NCBI GenBank assembly: GCA_937902685.1
Contig: CALELU010000100.1
Location: 1,412-65,411 of the forward strand
Direction of reading: 5' to 3'
DNA: 64,000 nucleotides
Source: an uncultured Eggerthellaceae bacterium
Lineage (GTDB): Bacteria; Actinomycetota; Coriobacteriia; Coriobacteriales; Eggerthellaceae
Under the pieces are notes generated by a model. It had not been told where the DNA came from. It made no database searches and saw nothing but the letters and a program-made list of their open reading frames with translations. Positions within the stretch are counted from its first letter, which is position 1. The number at the start of each line of letters is the position of its first letter. The position numbers and the translations under genes are program-made. Shown here in pieces: positions 38,143 to 47,245 of this stretch.

Positions 38143-39513
38143 CTACCCAAGCGTTGCGGCATCCGCTTCATCCATGCGCACATTCGCGTTAAAGAACGCC
38201 TGCAGCGCCTGCATGCCCAAACGTACGTCAGCTGTACCCGCCGTCTCATAGCTAGAGTGCATGGCAAGCTGCGGCAAGCCCACGTCCACGCCGTGCATGC
38301 TTACTTGCGTGTTCGACAAGTTGCCCAGCGTAGAACCGCCCGGCATGTCGCTGCGGTTCGCAAAACGCTGCAGCGGCACCCCAGCGTCTTCGCATACGGC
38401 GCTGAACACCGCCGCGCTAAACGCATCCGTGCAGTACTTCTGGTTCGCCGCCTCTTTTACTACCAAGCCGCAGTTTAGCCACACGCGATTGCCCTCGTCA
38501 TAGCGCTCGGGATGGTTCGGGTGCACCGCATGCGCGTTATCGCAGCTCACCAGCATGCTTTTTGCCACTGCACAGCGCAAATCCTCGGGGGTAAAGCCAA
38601 GTGCGCCGTTCAATCGTGCAAGCGCATCACGCAAAAACGTGGACATGGCGCCCTGCTTGGTGTTCGACCCCACTTCTTCGTTGTCGAAGCAGCAGAACAC
38701 CGACACATCATGTTTGTTGTCCGACGCCAAAAACGCCTTCAGCGAAATATACACGCACCCCAAGTCGTCCAAGCGTGGCGCACTCACAAATTCCTTCGCC
38801 CAACCCCACACGCGCGGTTGCTGGCGGTTGACCAGGAACAAGTCACGCGCCAAAACGGTCTCGGGCGCAACGCCAAGCTCCTGTGCCACCATGGCGTCAA
38901 ACGCTCCACGCTTAAGCTTGCCCGCAGAGAAAAGCGGGCACACGTCAACCGCACGATTCGGCGCAAAGCCGGAATTTGCCTGGTGATCAAGATGGATGGG
39001 CACACGCGGTATCAGCAGCACATCGGCATCGGGCGCAAACAAGCGGCTTTCCACGCATGCGCCGTTTCGCACCAGCACGCGCCCAGCCACGGAAAGCGGT
39101 TTGTCGAACCATGTGTGGTCCATCACGCCGCCATACGCTTCCACGTTCAAACGCACGTATTCCCCCGGCCCCGCCAGCTCGGGCACCGCTTTCACTTTGT
39201 ACGTAGGGGAATCGGAATGCGCGGCCGTAAGCTGAAAATGATAGTCATCAAGCTTACCACCAACCTTAAAAGCAATAATGCTCGAGTTGTTGCGCGTGGT
39301 GTAATACGCCCCGCCAGGCTCTGCACGCCACGGTTCACCTTCCGGCAAGTACGTAAAACCCGCAGCGTCAAGCCGCGCACGCACCGCTGCCGCCGTATGG
39401 AACATACTTGGACATTCGCTCACAAACTCAATCATATCTTGCGCAGCGTTTACGTCAGCTTCCGGCATGGTGGCACATGTAACTTCACGTGCCCGCTCAT
39501 TCGTTTGGCTCAT
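38143..39513 (-). CDS. M18 family (aspartyl) aminopeptidase
   Basis: AHSDSP, RLDDL, FDNEEVGS, DNAHAVHPN, GGSTLG and LAMHS. Confidence 0.93.
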   Translation of the reverse strand: MSQTNERAREVTCATMPEADVNAAQDMIEFVSECPSMFHTAAAVRARLDAAGFTYLPEGEPWRAEPGGAYYTTRNNSSIIAFKVGGKLDDYHFQLTAAHSDSPTYKVKAVPELAGPGEYVRLNVEAYGGVMDHTWFDKPLSVAGRVLVRNGACVESRLFAPDADVLLIPRVPIHLDHQANSGFAPNRAVDVCPLFSAGKLKRGAFDAMVAQELGVAPETVLARDLFLVNRQQPRVWGWAKEFVSAPRLDDLGCVYISLKAFLASDNKHDVSVFCCFDNEEVGSNTKQGAMSTFLRDALARLNGALGFTPEDLRCAVAKSMLVSCDNAHAVHPNHPERYDEGNRVWLNCGLVVKEAANQKYCTDAFSAAVFSAVCEDAGVPLQRFANRSDMPGGSTLGNLSNTQVSMHGVDVGLPQLAMHSSYETAGTADVRLGMQALQAFFNANVRMDEADAATLG

Positions 39514-39634
39514 AGCGCGCTCCTTTCTTTTACAACCAGTCTAGCAACCGCGCTGCCGCTGCGTTTTCCCTTAGCCCAAAGCACAAAAAGGGCCGCCCGC
39601 ACAATGCGAACGGCCCGAACAGGCAAAACTAACG

Positions 39635-40114
39635 CTACTTTACGGTAAGCACCGGCACATCGGTTGCGCGCAGCACGCCAAAGCTTACGCTACCCAGCAT
39701 GCCGCGGATTGCGCCTAGGCCACGGCGGCCCATAACAATAAGGTCGCAGTCGTGCTCGTCAGCATAACGCGCCAACGCATCTGCCGGCGAAGCTCCCGCA
39801 ATCGCCACCACGTCGGCGCGGTCGCCAAAATCGGCAAGAGCATCGCCTAAATCTTCAGTAACGCGTTTTTGAGCCTCATCAAGCACGTGCTTCACCACGC
39901 CCTGGTACTCTTCGTAATCAAGCATGCCGTACGGAACGCCATCAAGCGCGCCGTCCGTGCCCATGCGATCCATGCCCACGTAGCTAGAAGGCACGGCATG
40001 TACCACGGTGATGCGCGCCTCAGGGCACGTAGACACCAGATCTTTTGCGTATTGCAAGGCATTCTTTGCGTGATCGGACCCATCGTAGGGGACCATAACA
40101 TGACGGAACTTCAT
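39635..40114 (-). CDS. Universal stress protein
   Basis: VPYDGS and DLIVMGRRG....LGSVS...VPVLTVK. Confidence 0.92.
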   Translation of the reverse strand: MKFRHVMVPYDGSDHAKNALQYAKDLVSTCPEARITVVHAVPSSYVGMDRMGTDGALDGVPYGMLDYEEYQGVVKHVLDEAQKRVTEDLGDALADFGDRADVVAIAGASPADALARYADEHDCDLIVMGRRGLGAIRGMLGSVSFGVLRATDVPVLTVK

Positions 40115-40277
40115 AACGGGCTCCTTTCCTTCGTGTGCATGCCACCAAAATTGACATGACTACACCGGCGCTTGCTTAGCGCCGAGCACAGCGGGCACGC
40201 CCCATACGCAAACCCGCTTGCAGGTTCAAAACCGTTACGTTAGTGCTGTTCACACAAGCTTTGCGCAGCGTCTGAAC

Positions 40278-40703
40278 CTACTGCTGATTATACTCCATGT
40301 AAAAGCGCGGGAGGCCCTTAACCCGCAATCCGATTTTCGAGGCATACGCCAGCCAGCGTTCAAACGACGCGTCGCTTATGGCGTGCTCGATGCCGCACGC
40401 CTCACGCTCGGCGGTTTCGGGGTCGATGCCAAGCTCCTGCGTCAAAAACGCAAAGAGCAAGCGATGGCGACACAGCACCGCCATGCCACGCGCCAGGCCG
40501 TTTGGCGTCAGCCGCACACCGCCATAGGGCTCCTGGCTGATCATGCCCTCATCGCGAAGCACCTGAATGGCTTTGCTTACCGACGCTTTGGTAACGCCCA
40601 GCTCATTGGCAATATCAACGTTGCGCACCGGATTCGTAAGCGTACCGCCCAAATTGACGATTGCCTCAAGATAGTCTTCGCTTGACGTGGTGAGCTTTTC
40701 CAC
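40278..40703 (-). CDS. DtxR/MntR family metal-dependent repressor (no FeoA domain)
   Basis: SEDYLEAI, DIANELGVTKASVS, RHRLL and EACGIEHAIS. Confidence 0.9.
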   Translation of the reverse strand: MEKLTTSSEDYLEAIVNLGGTLTNPVRNVDIANELGVTKASVSKAIQVLRDEGMISQEPYGGVRLTPNGLARGMAVLCRHRLLFAFLTQELGIDPETAEREACGIEHAISDASFERWLAYASKIGLRVKGLPRFYMEYNQQ

Positions 40704-40734
40704 ACGAACCCCCATCCCCCATTCGGCTTTGCAC

Positions 40735-40927
40735 ATAAAGAAGCAGAGGGAAGAAGGGGGAGTCTTCCCTCTGCTTTAAGCAGGTGCGGTGAAGAGCCAG
40801 ACGAGAAGAGCTTTCACCGCCGTGTCAGCGTTGTTCGTAGGTGCGGGACAGGTGTTGAAAGTTCACGAAGCCTTGCGCATGGCAGCTTCAGATTTCAAGT
40901 AACTCCTGTTCGCAACCCTTTCGACAT
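40735..40927 (-). ncRNA. Candidate metal-regulated sRNA or attenuating leader
   Basis: Promoter, then three hairpins; the last is a 14-bp stem with CTCCCCCT loop and a U-rich tail. Confidence 0.55.
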
Positions 40928-40928
40928 G

Positions 40929-40961
40929 GGTTAGAATACGCTAACCGTTAGCCTTGTGCAA
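40929..40961 (-). promoter_or_regulatory. Promoter overlapped by a DtxR-type operator
   Basis: TTGCAC-N17-TATTCT; palindrome GGTTAG-N6-CTAACC (40929-40946) covers the -10. Confidence 0.7.
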
Positions 40962-41023
40962 CAGTGTTAGCGGCAGCATACAAGTTCTTCACAATTCACC
41001 ATGCCTAACCTTTGGGTAAAGAA

Positions 41024-41048
41024 AAGCGCGGTCGTAAGGACCGCGCTT
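41024..41048 (-). terminator. Intrinsic terminator after the yhgE pair
   Basis: AAGCGCGGTC / GACCGCGCTT stem with a U-rich tail on the minus strand. Confidence 0.7.
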
Positions 41049-41063
41049 CAACTTGCAGTAGCG

Positions 41064-43253
41064 TCACGCCACCAGCTTCGATTTCTCTACCTGCTCCACG
41101 AACCAATACGTCAACTTCGAAAGCGGCTCACGCAAAATACCCATGACAATAAACGGGATAAGGAACATAAGCACCCAGATGATTTCCACCCAGAAATCGT
41201 TTTGGTATACGCCCATGCTTGCCGCGCGCATGGCGTTGATCACGTGCGTTGCCGGTAAAATGGGGCTCACGTCCTGGAAGAACTGCGGCAGCAGCTGCAG
41301 CGGGAAGCTGCCCCCGCCGCCCGTTACGTAAATGATAAGCAGCAGCACCGCCAATGCCTTGCCCAGGTTGGCGAACAGCGACACTAACGTGTAGATGATG
41401 AAGCTGAACACGAAACCCGCCACCCAGAAGCACAGCAAGTACAGCAGCGGGTTGGCAACCTGCACGCCCACAAACAGCATATTGCCCAAACACACCACCG
41501 TGCTCTGCATGAACGCAAGCACAAACGCCGCACCGTAGCGGCCAAAGAACAGCTGCCATGACTTCGGGTTAATCAAGCCCGCTTCCTTTTTCGCGCGCTC
41601 GGAAGGCACCGGATTTAACAGTACCATGATGAGCAACGACCCCACCCACAGCGCCAGCGTGGTGTACAGCGGAGCCATGGCTGAACCGAAGTCCTCTGCC
41701 GGAAACACTGCAATGCGCTCAACGCCCACCGGCGCGGAAACCGCCTTAGCCAACGCTTCGGGGTCGGATCCAATAACCTGTTTCAGCTGCTCAACGCTGC
41801 CGCTGGCAAGCGCTTCGTCTATGCGGGTTGACAACGTGGAAAGCTTATTGGACGAAGCGCGCAGCTCGTCTGCCATACCCTTGATGGTTCCCTGTGCGCT
41901 GCCAAGCTTGCCCGCGACCAAACCTGCAGAGCTTTCCAGGTCGCCGCCAACGCCAGACAGCTGGGAAGCGCGCGCGCTGAGCGATTGCGCCGCCGTTGAT
42001 ACCGAATCCGCCAGCTGATCGAGCCCGGGCTTCAAACCGCTTTCGTAATCGGCCTTCAGCGTGTTGATGCTCGCTTGCACCTCGTTAAGCTTTTGCGTCA
42101 CTTCGGCGCGCGACGTGCCTTCGGGGTCGGTGCCCTGCTCAAGCTTGCTTGCCGCGCTGTTCAGCGAATCGTAGAGTTTGTCCAAGGACTTAATGGACGT
42201 ATTCAACTGGCTGATAACGGCATCGAGCGCCGGCTGATATTGCTCGTCGATGCTCGGGCTCAGCTCCGCTAGCTGCTCGGCAATTTCCTCGTAACGGTCG
42301 CGCTGGTTTTTCACGTCTGCGGCTTGGTCGCGCAGGCTTTGCGAAGCGTTGCCCTTGTCGGTGTCTATCTGGGTATACACGTTGTCTATTGCGCCTGGCA
42401 CATCTTTGAAGCTGTCGCTGCTTTGCGCAAGCGCATCCGACAACGCCGAAACCGAGGTTTTCATGGCATCGCCAATGGTGATAGCACCGTCCTTCGCATC
42501 GCTTGCCTGGCCCTCGGCGTCCTTCACCGCAGCCTGTGCGCTGTTCAGCAAGTCGGTGGAATTATTCACCAGCGATTGCGCCGACCCCGTAAGCGCCGCA
42601 TACGAATCCAGCACGTCGGCAGTGTTTCCCATCTGCTTCGCCGAGTCAGAAAGCGTGCCGGAAAGCTTCGAAATGTAGCCGCTTGCATCGCCCTGGTCGG
42701 CAAGGTTGCCCAGCGAATCAATCAACCCCAGCGCAACATCGGATATAGTTTCGGCAAACGTTGCGTTCACCTGCGACGACACCTTGCTTGACGCCTGATC
42801 GGTCACGCGCGGGGCCACGGCGTTTTTCTTCTCGTTTTCGTAATAGATGATCTGCGCATGCTCCGCATCGCTGGAGTAGAAGCTCATCATGTCTTCGCTG
42901 AAGTTCTGCGGGATAACCACGGCAGCGTAGTACTTGCCCGACTTCGCGCCGTCAATAGCGTCGTCTTCGCTGGTAAACACCCAGTCCAGCTGGTCGTTCG
43001 CCCGTAGCGCCGATTCAACGCTATCGCCTACGTTCACCTTTGTGGGCAGCAAGTCGCTTTCATAGCCTTCGTCGGAATTTGCCACCGCCACTTTCAGGTT
43101 GCCCGTGTTATCGAACACGTTCCAGCAGGCAATGACGTTGTACCACGTGAACAGCGACGGTAAAAACACCAGGCCCAAGATAATGACCACGGTGACCACG
43201 TTGCCGAACAGGTGCTTGAAGTCGTAGCAGAACAGCTTCCAGATATTACGCAT
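41064..43253 (-). CDS. YhgE/Pip domain membrane protein
   Basis: LPSLFTWYN, VAVANSDEG, YYENEKKNAVAPRVTD, coiled coil, FGSAMAPLY and GGSFPLQLLP. Confidence 0.92.
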   Translation of the reverse strand: MRNIWKLFCYDFKHLFGNVVTVVIILGLVFLPSLFTWYNVIACWNVFDNTGNLKVAVANSDEGYESDLLPTKVNVGDSVESALRANDQLDWVFTSEDDAIDGAKSGKYYAAVVIPQNFSEDMMSFYSSDAEHAQIIYYENEKKNAVAPRVTDQASSKVSSQVNATFAETISDVALGLIDSLGNLADQGDASGYISKLSGTLSDSAKQMGNTADVLDSYAALTGSAQSLVNNSTDLLNSAQAAVKDAEGQASDAKDGAITIGDAMKTSVSALSDALAQSSDSFKDVPGAIDNVYTQIDTDKGNASQSLRDQAADVKNQRDRYEEIAEQLAELSPSIDEQYQPALDAVISQLNTSIKSLDKLYDSLNSAASKLEQGTDPEGTSRAEVTQKLNEVQASINTLKADYESGLKPGLDQLADSVSTAAQSLSARASQLSGVGGDLESSAGLVAGKLGSAQGTIKGMADELRASSNKLSTLSTRIDEALASGSVEQLKQVIGSDPEALAKAVSAPVGVERIAVFPAEDFGSAMAPLYTTLALWVGSLLIMVLLNPVPSERAKKEAGLINPKSWQLFFGRYGAAFVLAFMQSTVVCLGNMLFVGVQVANPLLYLLCFWVAGFVFSFIIYTLVSLFANLGKALAVLLLIIYVTGGGGSFPLQLLPQFFQDVSPILPATHVINAMRAASMGVYQNDFWVEIIWVLMFLIPFIVMGILREPLSKLTYWFVEQVEKSKLVA

Positions 43254-46200
43254 GGTTGCCCTCCTGCTTCTTGCTGCCATGTTTCTTGTCGTGCTTGTCG
43301 TGATGCTTATGCCCACCCGTATCCTTGGGCTTTTGGTGGCCCTTGTGATGCTTACCGTGCTTTTCGTGCTTTTCGCCATCCGCTGGCTTCGCCTTCTTGG
43401 CGTGCTTGCCGCGCTTTTCAGCGGCATCGCCTGTTTGCTCGCACTTCGCGGAAAGCGTTTCCAAATCGGCTTTCGTCAGCTCTAACGCGGGAGACTCAAC
43501 CGCCAGCGAATCCTCGTCATCGGAGTGTTTCCCGTGCACGTCTTCGTCGGACAAAAACGGGCCGTCGAAGTACGCCGGCTTGTTCGCCGCAGCCAAATCC
43601 ATAAGCGACTTCGCTCGCGGCTTTTCGGCCTTTGCGTTTGAGGCGTCGGGCACATCCTTCTTATCAGCGCGGGTGGCGGCACCGTCTTTGCCCTGTTCGG
43701 GCTTGTCGTGCAGATCATCGGACACTTTGCCCACCGGGGGCAGCGGCACCGTCACGCCCGACGAGCGCGCCGTGCGGTCAACGGGCACCGACACACGCGC
43801 AGTGGACATAGCGGCGGGTACCAGCTCCTTCACCACCTTTTTACCGCGATCGGCCAAATGCTCGCGCAGCTCGTCGTCGCTCATGGTGTCAATGTAGGCC
43901 TGGCGCTGAATGTTGTCGCGCACCATTTCCACGCCCAGCAAGAACACGATGACGAACACGAGCCAAATCAGCCAGCCCGTAAGCGTCACAACTTTTTCCG
44001 TGGTGGTAACGGCGAAAATAGCCGTGAACGCCACCGGCACCAAAATGCCCACGATAAGCGCGCCACGCTTCAGACGCGGATACAGCTTCATAAAGCGGTC
44101 GGCCTGCTGCTGCATGGTGTTGTGGAATTCATCGTGGTCCGCCAACGCGCGGATAAGCTGGCCGATGCGGTAGCGGCGCTCGGGCACCAGCGCCTCTTCC
44201 ACGTTCAACAGGTCGCTCTTCTGAATCTCTTTCGCCACCAGGCGGTTCAAGTTCGTCAGATGCGGGCGCACGAACAGGCCCACCACCGCCATGCTCAGCC
44301 CAATGAGCACAAGCACGCCCATGTAGCCCAGCCACTGCGTGCCGTAGAAGCCGCCGATGGCTTCACGCAGCGCGTTGATGCCGTACGTGAAGGGGAACAG
44401 CGGGTACACAATGCGGAAAAACGCATCGGTCATCTCAACCGGGTACAAACCGGTGCCGCCCGGGATTTGCACGAACACCATGATGATGCACAGGCCAATG
44501 CCAATATGCTGGAACGACGATGACAGCGTGTACGTAATGCACAAGTACGCTAGGGAAAGCGCTATAGCGGTGGCGTAGAACGCCGGCACCGATACCGTTT
44601 GCACGCCAATGGCCAAACAGCCCGTAACGCACACGATGGCCTGCAGCGTTACCAGCACGGCGAAGAACAGCCAGCGTGCAAGATAACCCTGCACCACCGT
44701 CAACCCCGGCACGCCTTCTTTATCAACTTCCAACTTAAGAATGACGCACAGCATCAGCGTGCCAATCCACAAGCTCAGGCTGATGAACAGCGGCGCCATG
44801 GCAGAGCCGTACGCGTTAAGCGGATACAGCTTTTCAGTGGTTACTTGCGTGGGCGATGCCATGAACTCCGCGATTTTCTCGGGGTCGATGCGCCCGTTAT
44901 CAATCAGCTCGTCCACTGCGGTAGACGTCCCCAGCATAGACACGTCGTTGCGCGCCGTGCTCATGGTTTTCTGCAGGTCGGCCAACACGCCGTCGGTTTG
45001 CGACAGCGCGTCGGCCGCAACACCAAGCGTGCTTGTAAGCTGGTCTATAACATTGCTGGTTTGATCGATCAGGTAGCCTTGGTTCGTGATGGCGGCCTTA
45101 AGGCTGATAGCCGCACTGCCAACTTGAGAGATTCCGCTATTTACCTGCGGCAATGCCGTGCCGAACAGCTGCGATTGGTAATCTCCCGCATACCCGATGG
45201 ACTGCTGCACCGCGGTGTTTAGCGTGGTTGCCGCGCTGGAAAGCTGCGATGCCGTGGCCTCAGTATCGTCGTACAGCTGCTTCAGGTCGTTCAAATCGCG
45301 CTGCAGCTCCTGATTGCGCGACGTCATGGAATCGATGGCCAACTTGAGTTGCGCTTTATACGGGCTGGCATCATCGATGCCGTTATATACCACCGTCAGC
45401 TCTTCGATGATGGAGCTGTTCATGTCAATAACGCCCTGTGCGCGCTCAACCGATGCGTCAACCGTGCCTTGAGCTCCCGTAATGCCGCTTGACGCGTTCG
45501 ATGCGGCGGTAGTTACGCTGCTTGATACCTGGGACAGGGCAACGGAAGCATCCGAAAGCGCTGGCGAGGCTGCCGCGGAAAAATCGCCAATGCTCTTCTG
45601 CAGCGTGTTCGACAGGTCGTACACCTGCTGCAACTGGTCTTGCACCGTCTTCGCATCGCTGCGCGCCTGGGAAAGCTGGCTTTTCGCCGATTGAGCCTTG
45701 CCCTGCGCCTCTGTAGTGCTGGCGGTCAAATCCGTCACCGTCGCACGTGCGTCGGAAATGGCATCCACTGCGCGGTTAAGCTGCTTGATCGTATCCGATT
45801 GCGCAACATCAAGGTTTTGCTCAGCTTCCGCAACCTTTTCGTTGAGCGTGTCGGCAACCACCGAACTCACGGTAGACACAAACTGGCTGTTAATGGTGTC
45901 GTCAAGCGTGGTGGAACCCGCATCGGTTACCTTCGGGGAAACGGGGTTTTTCTTCTCGTTCACGTAATACTGCAAGTTCGGCTGCTGGAAATCGCCGGTC
46001 AAAATGGTGAACAAATCCTCAGTGAAGTTGCTGGGAATAACGAACGCCGCGTACACCTCACCGGAATTCACCTTTTCCATTGCGTCTTCATAATCGGTGA
46101 ATTCCCACTTCAACTGGTTGTTTTCATGCAGCTGGTCCACAATCTGGTTACCCAGGTTCATGTCCCCCATTATGTCGTTGCTGCCGCCGGTATCCTCGTT

Positions 46201-46374
46201 TACCACGCATACGCGCATGTTGCCGGTATTGTCGTAGGGGTTCCAAAAGCCAATCACGTTAAACCACGTATAGGTAGACGGCAGCACAACCAAAACGAAT
46301 ACAACAACCAAAGCAGCCGGCGCTTTCAGCAGGCGCTTAAAATCACGTCCGAGTACGCGCAGGACGTTTTTCAT
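43246..46374 (-). CDS. YhgE/Pip domain membrane protein with a long His/Lys-rich tail
   Basis: LPSTYTWFN, YYVNEKKNPVSPKVTD, YGSAMAPLF and GLYPVEM. Confidence 0.92.
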   Translation of the reverse strand: MKNVLRVLGRDFKRLLKAPAALVVVFVLVVLPSTYTWFNVIGFWNPYDNTGNMRVCVVNEDTGGSNDIMGDMNLGNQIVDQLHENNQLKWEFTDYEDAMEKVNSGEVYAAFVIPSNFTEDLFTILTGDFQQPNLQYYVNEKKNPVSPKVTDAGSTTLDDTINSQFVSTVSSVVADTLNEKVAEAEQNLDVAQSDTIKQLNRAVDAISDARATVTDLTASTTEAQGKAQSAKSQLSQARSDAKTVQDQLQQVYDLSNTLQKSIGDFSAAASPALSDASVALSQVSSSVTTAASNASSGITGAQGTVDASVERAQGVIDMNSSIIEELTVVYNGIDDASPYKAQLKLAIDSMTSRNQELQRDLNDLKQLYDDTEATASQLSSAATTLNTAVQQSIGYAGDYQSQLFGTALPQVNSGISQVGSAAISLKAAITNQGYLIDQTSNVIDQLTSTLGVAADALSQTDGVLADLQKTMSTARNDVSMLGTSTAVDELIDNGRIDPEKIAEFMASPTQVTTEKLYPLNAYGSAMAPLFISLSLWIGTLMLCVILKLEVDKEGVPGLTVVQGYLARWLFFAVLVTLQAIVCVTGCLAIGVQTVSVPAFYATAIALSLAYLCITYTLSSSFQHIGIGLCIIMVFVQIPGGTGLYPVEMTDAFFRIVYPLFPFTYGINALREAIGGFYGTQWLGYMGVLVLIGLSMAVVGLFVRPHLTNLNRLVAKEIQKSDLLNVEEALVPERRYRIGQLIRALADHDEFHNTMQQQADRFMKLYPRLKRGALIVGILVPVAFTAIFAVTTTEKVVTLTGWLIWLVFVIVFLLGVEMVRDNIQRQAYIDTMSDDELREHLADRGKKVVKELVPAAMSTARVSVPVDRTARSSGVTVPLPPVGKVSDDLHDKPEQGKDGAATRADKKDVPDASNAKAEKPRAKSLMDLAAANKPAYFDGPFLSDEDVHGKHSDDEDSLAVESPALELTKADLETLSAKCEQTGDAAEKRGKHAKKAKPADGEKHEKHGKHHKGHQKPKDTGGHKHHDKHDKKHGSKKQEGNHA

Positions 46375-46562
46375 AGCAGGCAGTACCTCTTCCTTGCACA
46401 AGCGCCCGTCGGCGCGGCATCATGTCATCAGCCCCTGCCGTTTCGCACGAGCATCAAACGGCAGGAGATATTTTTCGCACCAGCCATTGTAAAATACCCC
46501 ACCTGTGGAACGACTTCGCACGCCCGCAAACCACAGAATCCGTTGCATTCCTGTAACAAAAT

Positions 46563-47075
46563 TTATGCGCGACTGGGCAGCTCCGCCGTTGCCTTCGCCA
46601 GCACATGGCCTTTTATGGCACGGCGCAGCTCGTTTGCGTAGAACCCCTCGGACAGGCCAAGCTCGCAATCAAGCGCATACACGTTCAGCGTGTAGCTGTG
46701 CGTGGCATCGGGCGGCTGCGGGCCGCAATAGCGCGAATGCACCAGCGGGTTTGCGCTGCCGTGCGCCATAGGCGACCAGTTGCTGTTGCGCCCCTGCACC
46801 ATAGGCACCGCCCCGGTGCGGCTTGCGTCTTCGGGAATAACCGCTGTGTCAGCAGGCACATTGCATGCCGTCCAGTGAATCCAGCAAAAGCCACCCACGG
46901 GAATGGCGTCGAAGTCGACGAACTCCACTGCAAGCGTTTTCGCGCCCTGCGGCACATCGTGTATCTCGATAGGAAACGACCGCACGGGAAAGCCCTCAAG
47001 GCGGTCCTGTTCCGGTGCATACTTACCGAACTTGTCAGCCAACAGGCCGTTTTCCAGCTCAACGTGAATTTGCAT
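46563..47075 (-). CDS. YbhB/YbcL (PEBP) family protein
   Basis: DFDAIPVGGFCWIHW, YCGPQPPDATHSY and VYALD. Confidence 0.9.
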   Translation of the reverse strand: MQIHVELENGLLADKFGKYAPEQDRLEGFPVRSFPIEIHDVPQGAKTLAVEFVDFDAIPVGGFCWIHWTACNVPADTAVIPEDASRTGAVPMVQGRNSNWSPMAHGSANPLVHSRYCGPQPPDATHSYTLNVYALDCELGLSEGFYANELRRAIKGHVLAKATAELPSRA

Positions 47076-47245
47076 GCCGCTTCCTTTCTCTTTGCGTTTC
47101 TCGCAGTGTAGCACGCTCGCATATTGCTTTTGCGACGCTTAGGCCCGCAGCTGAAATCTGCGCTTTTCGCGCGGGGCGTGCCAGCAACGCGCCCATTCGT
47201 TATGATGAAGCCTACCTATATATACGATTGGAGGGATGCCTCACT

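Noticed and set aside
40735..40927. yybP-ykoY or NiCo riboswitch identity for the metal-regulator leader
   Set aside because: I could not match their consensus junction sequences. It is kept as an unclassified RNA candidate.
41064..46374. Type VII secretion locus (EsaA-like)
   Set aside because: No EssC/FtsK ATPase or WXG100 genes are in the window; tandem YhgE/Pip pairs occur without T7SS.
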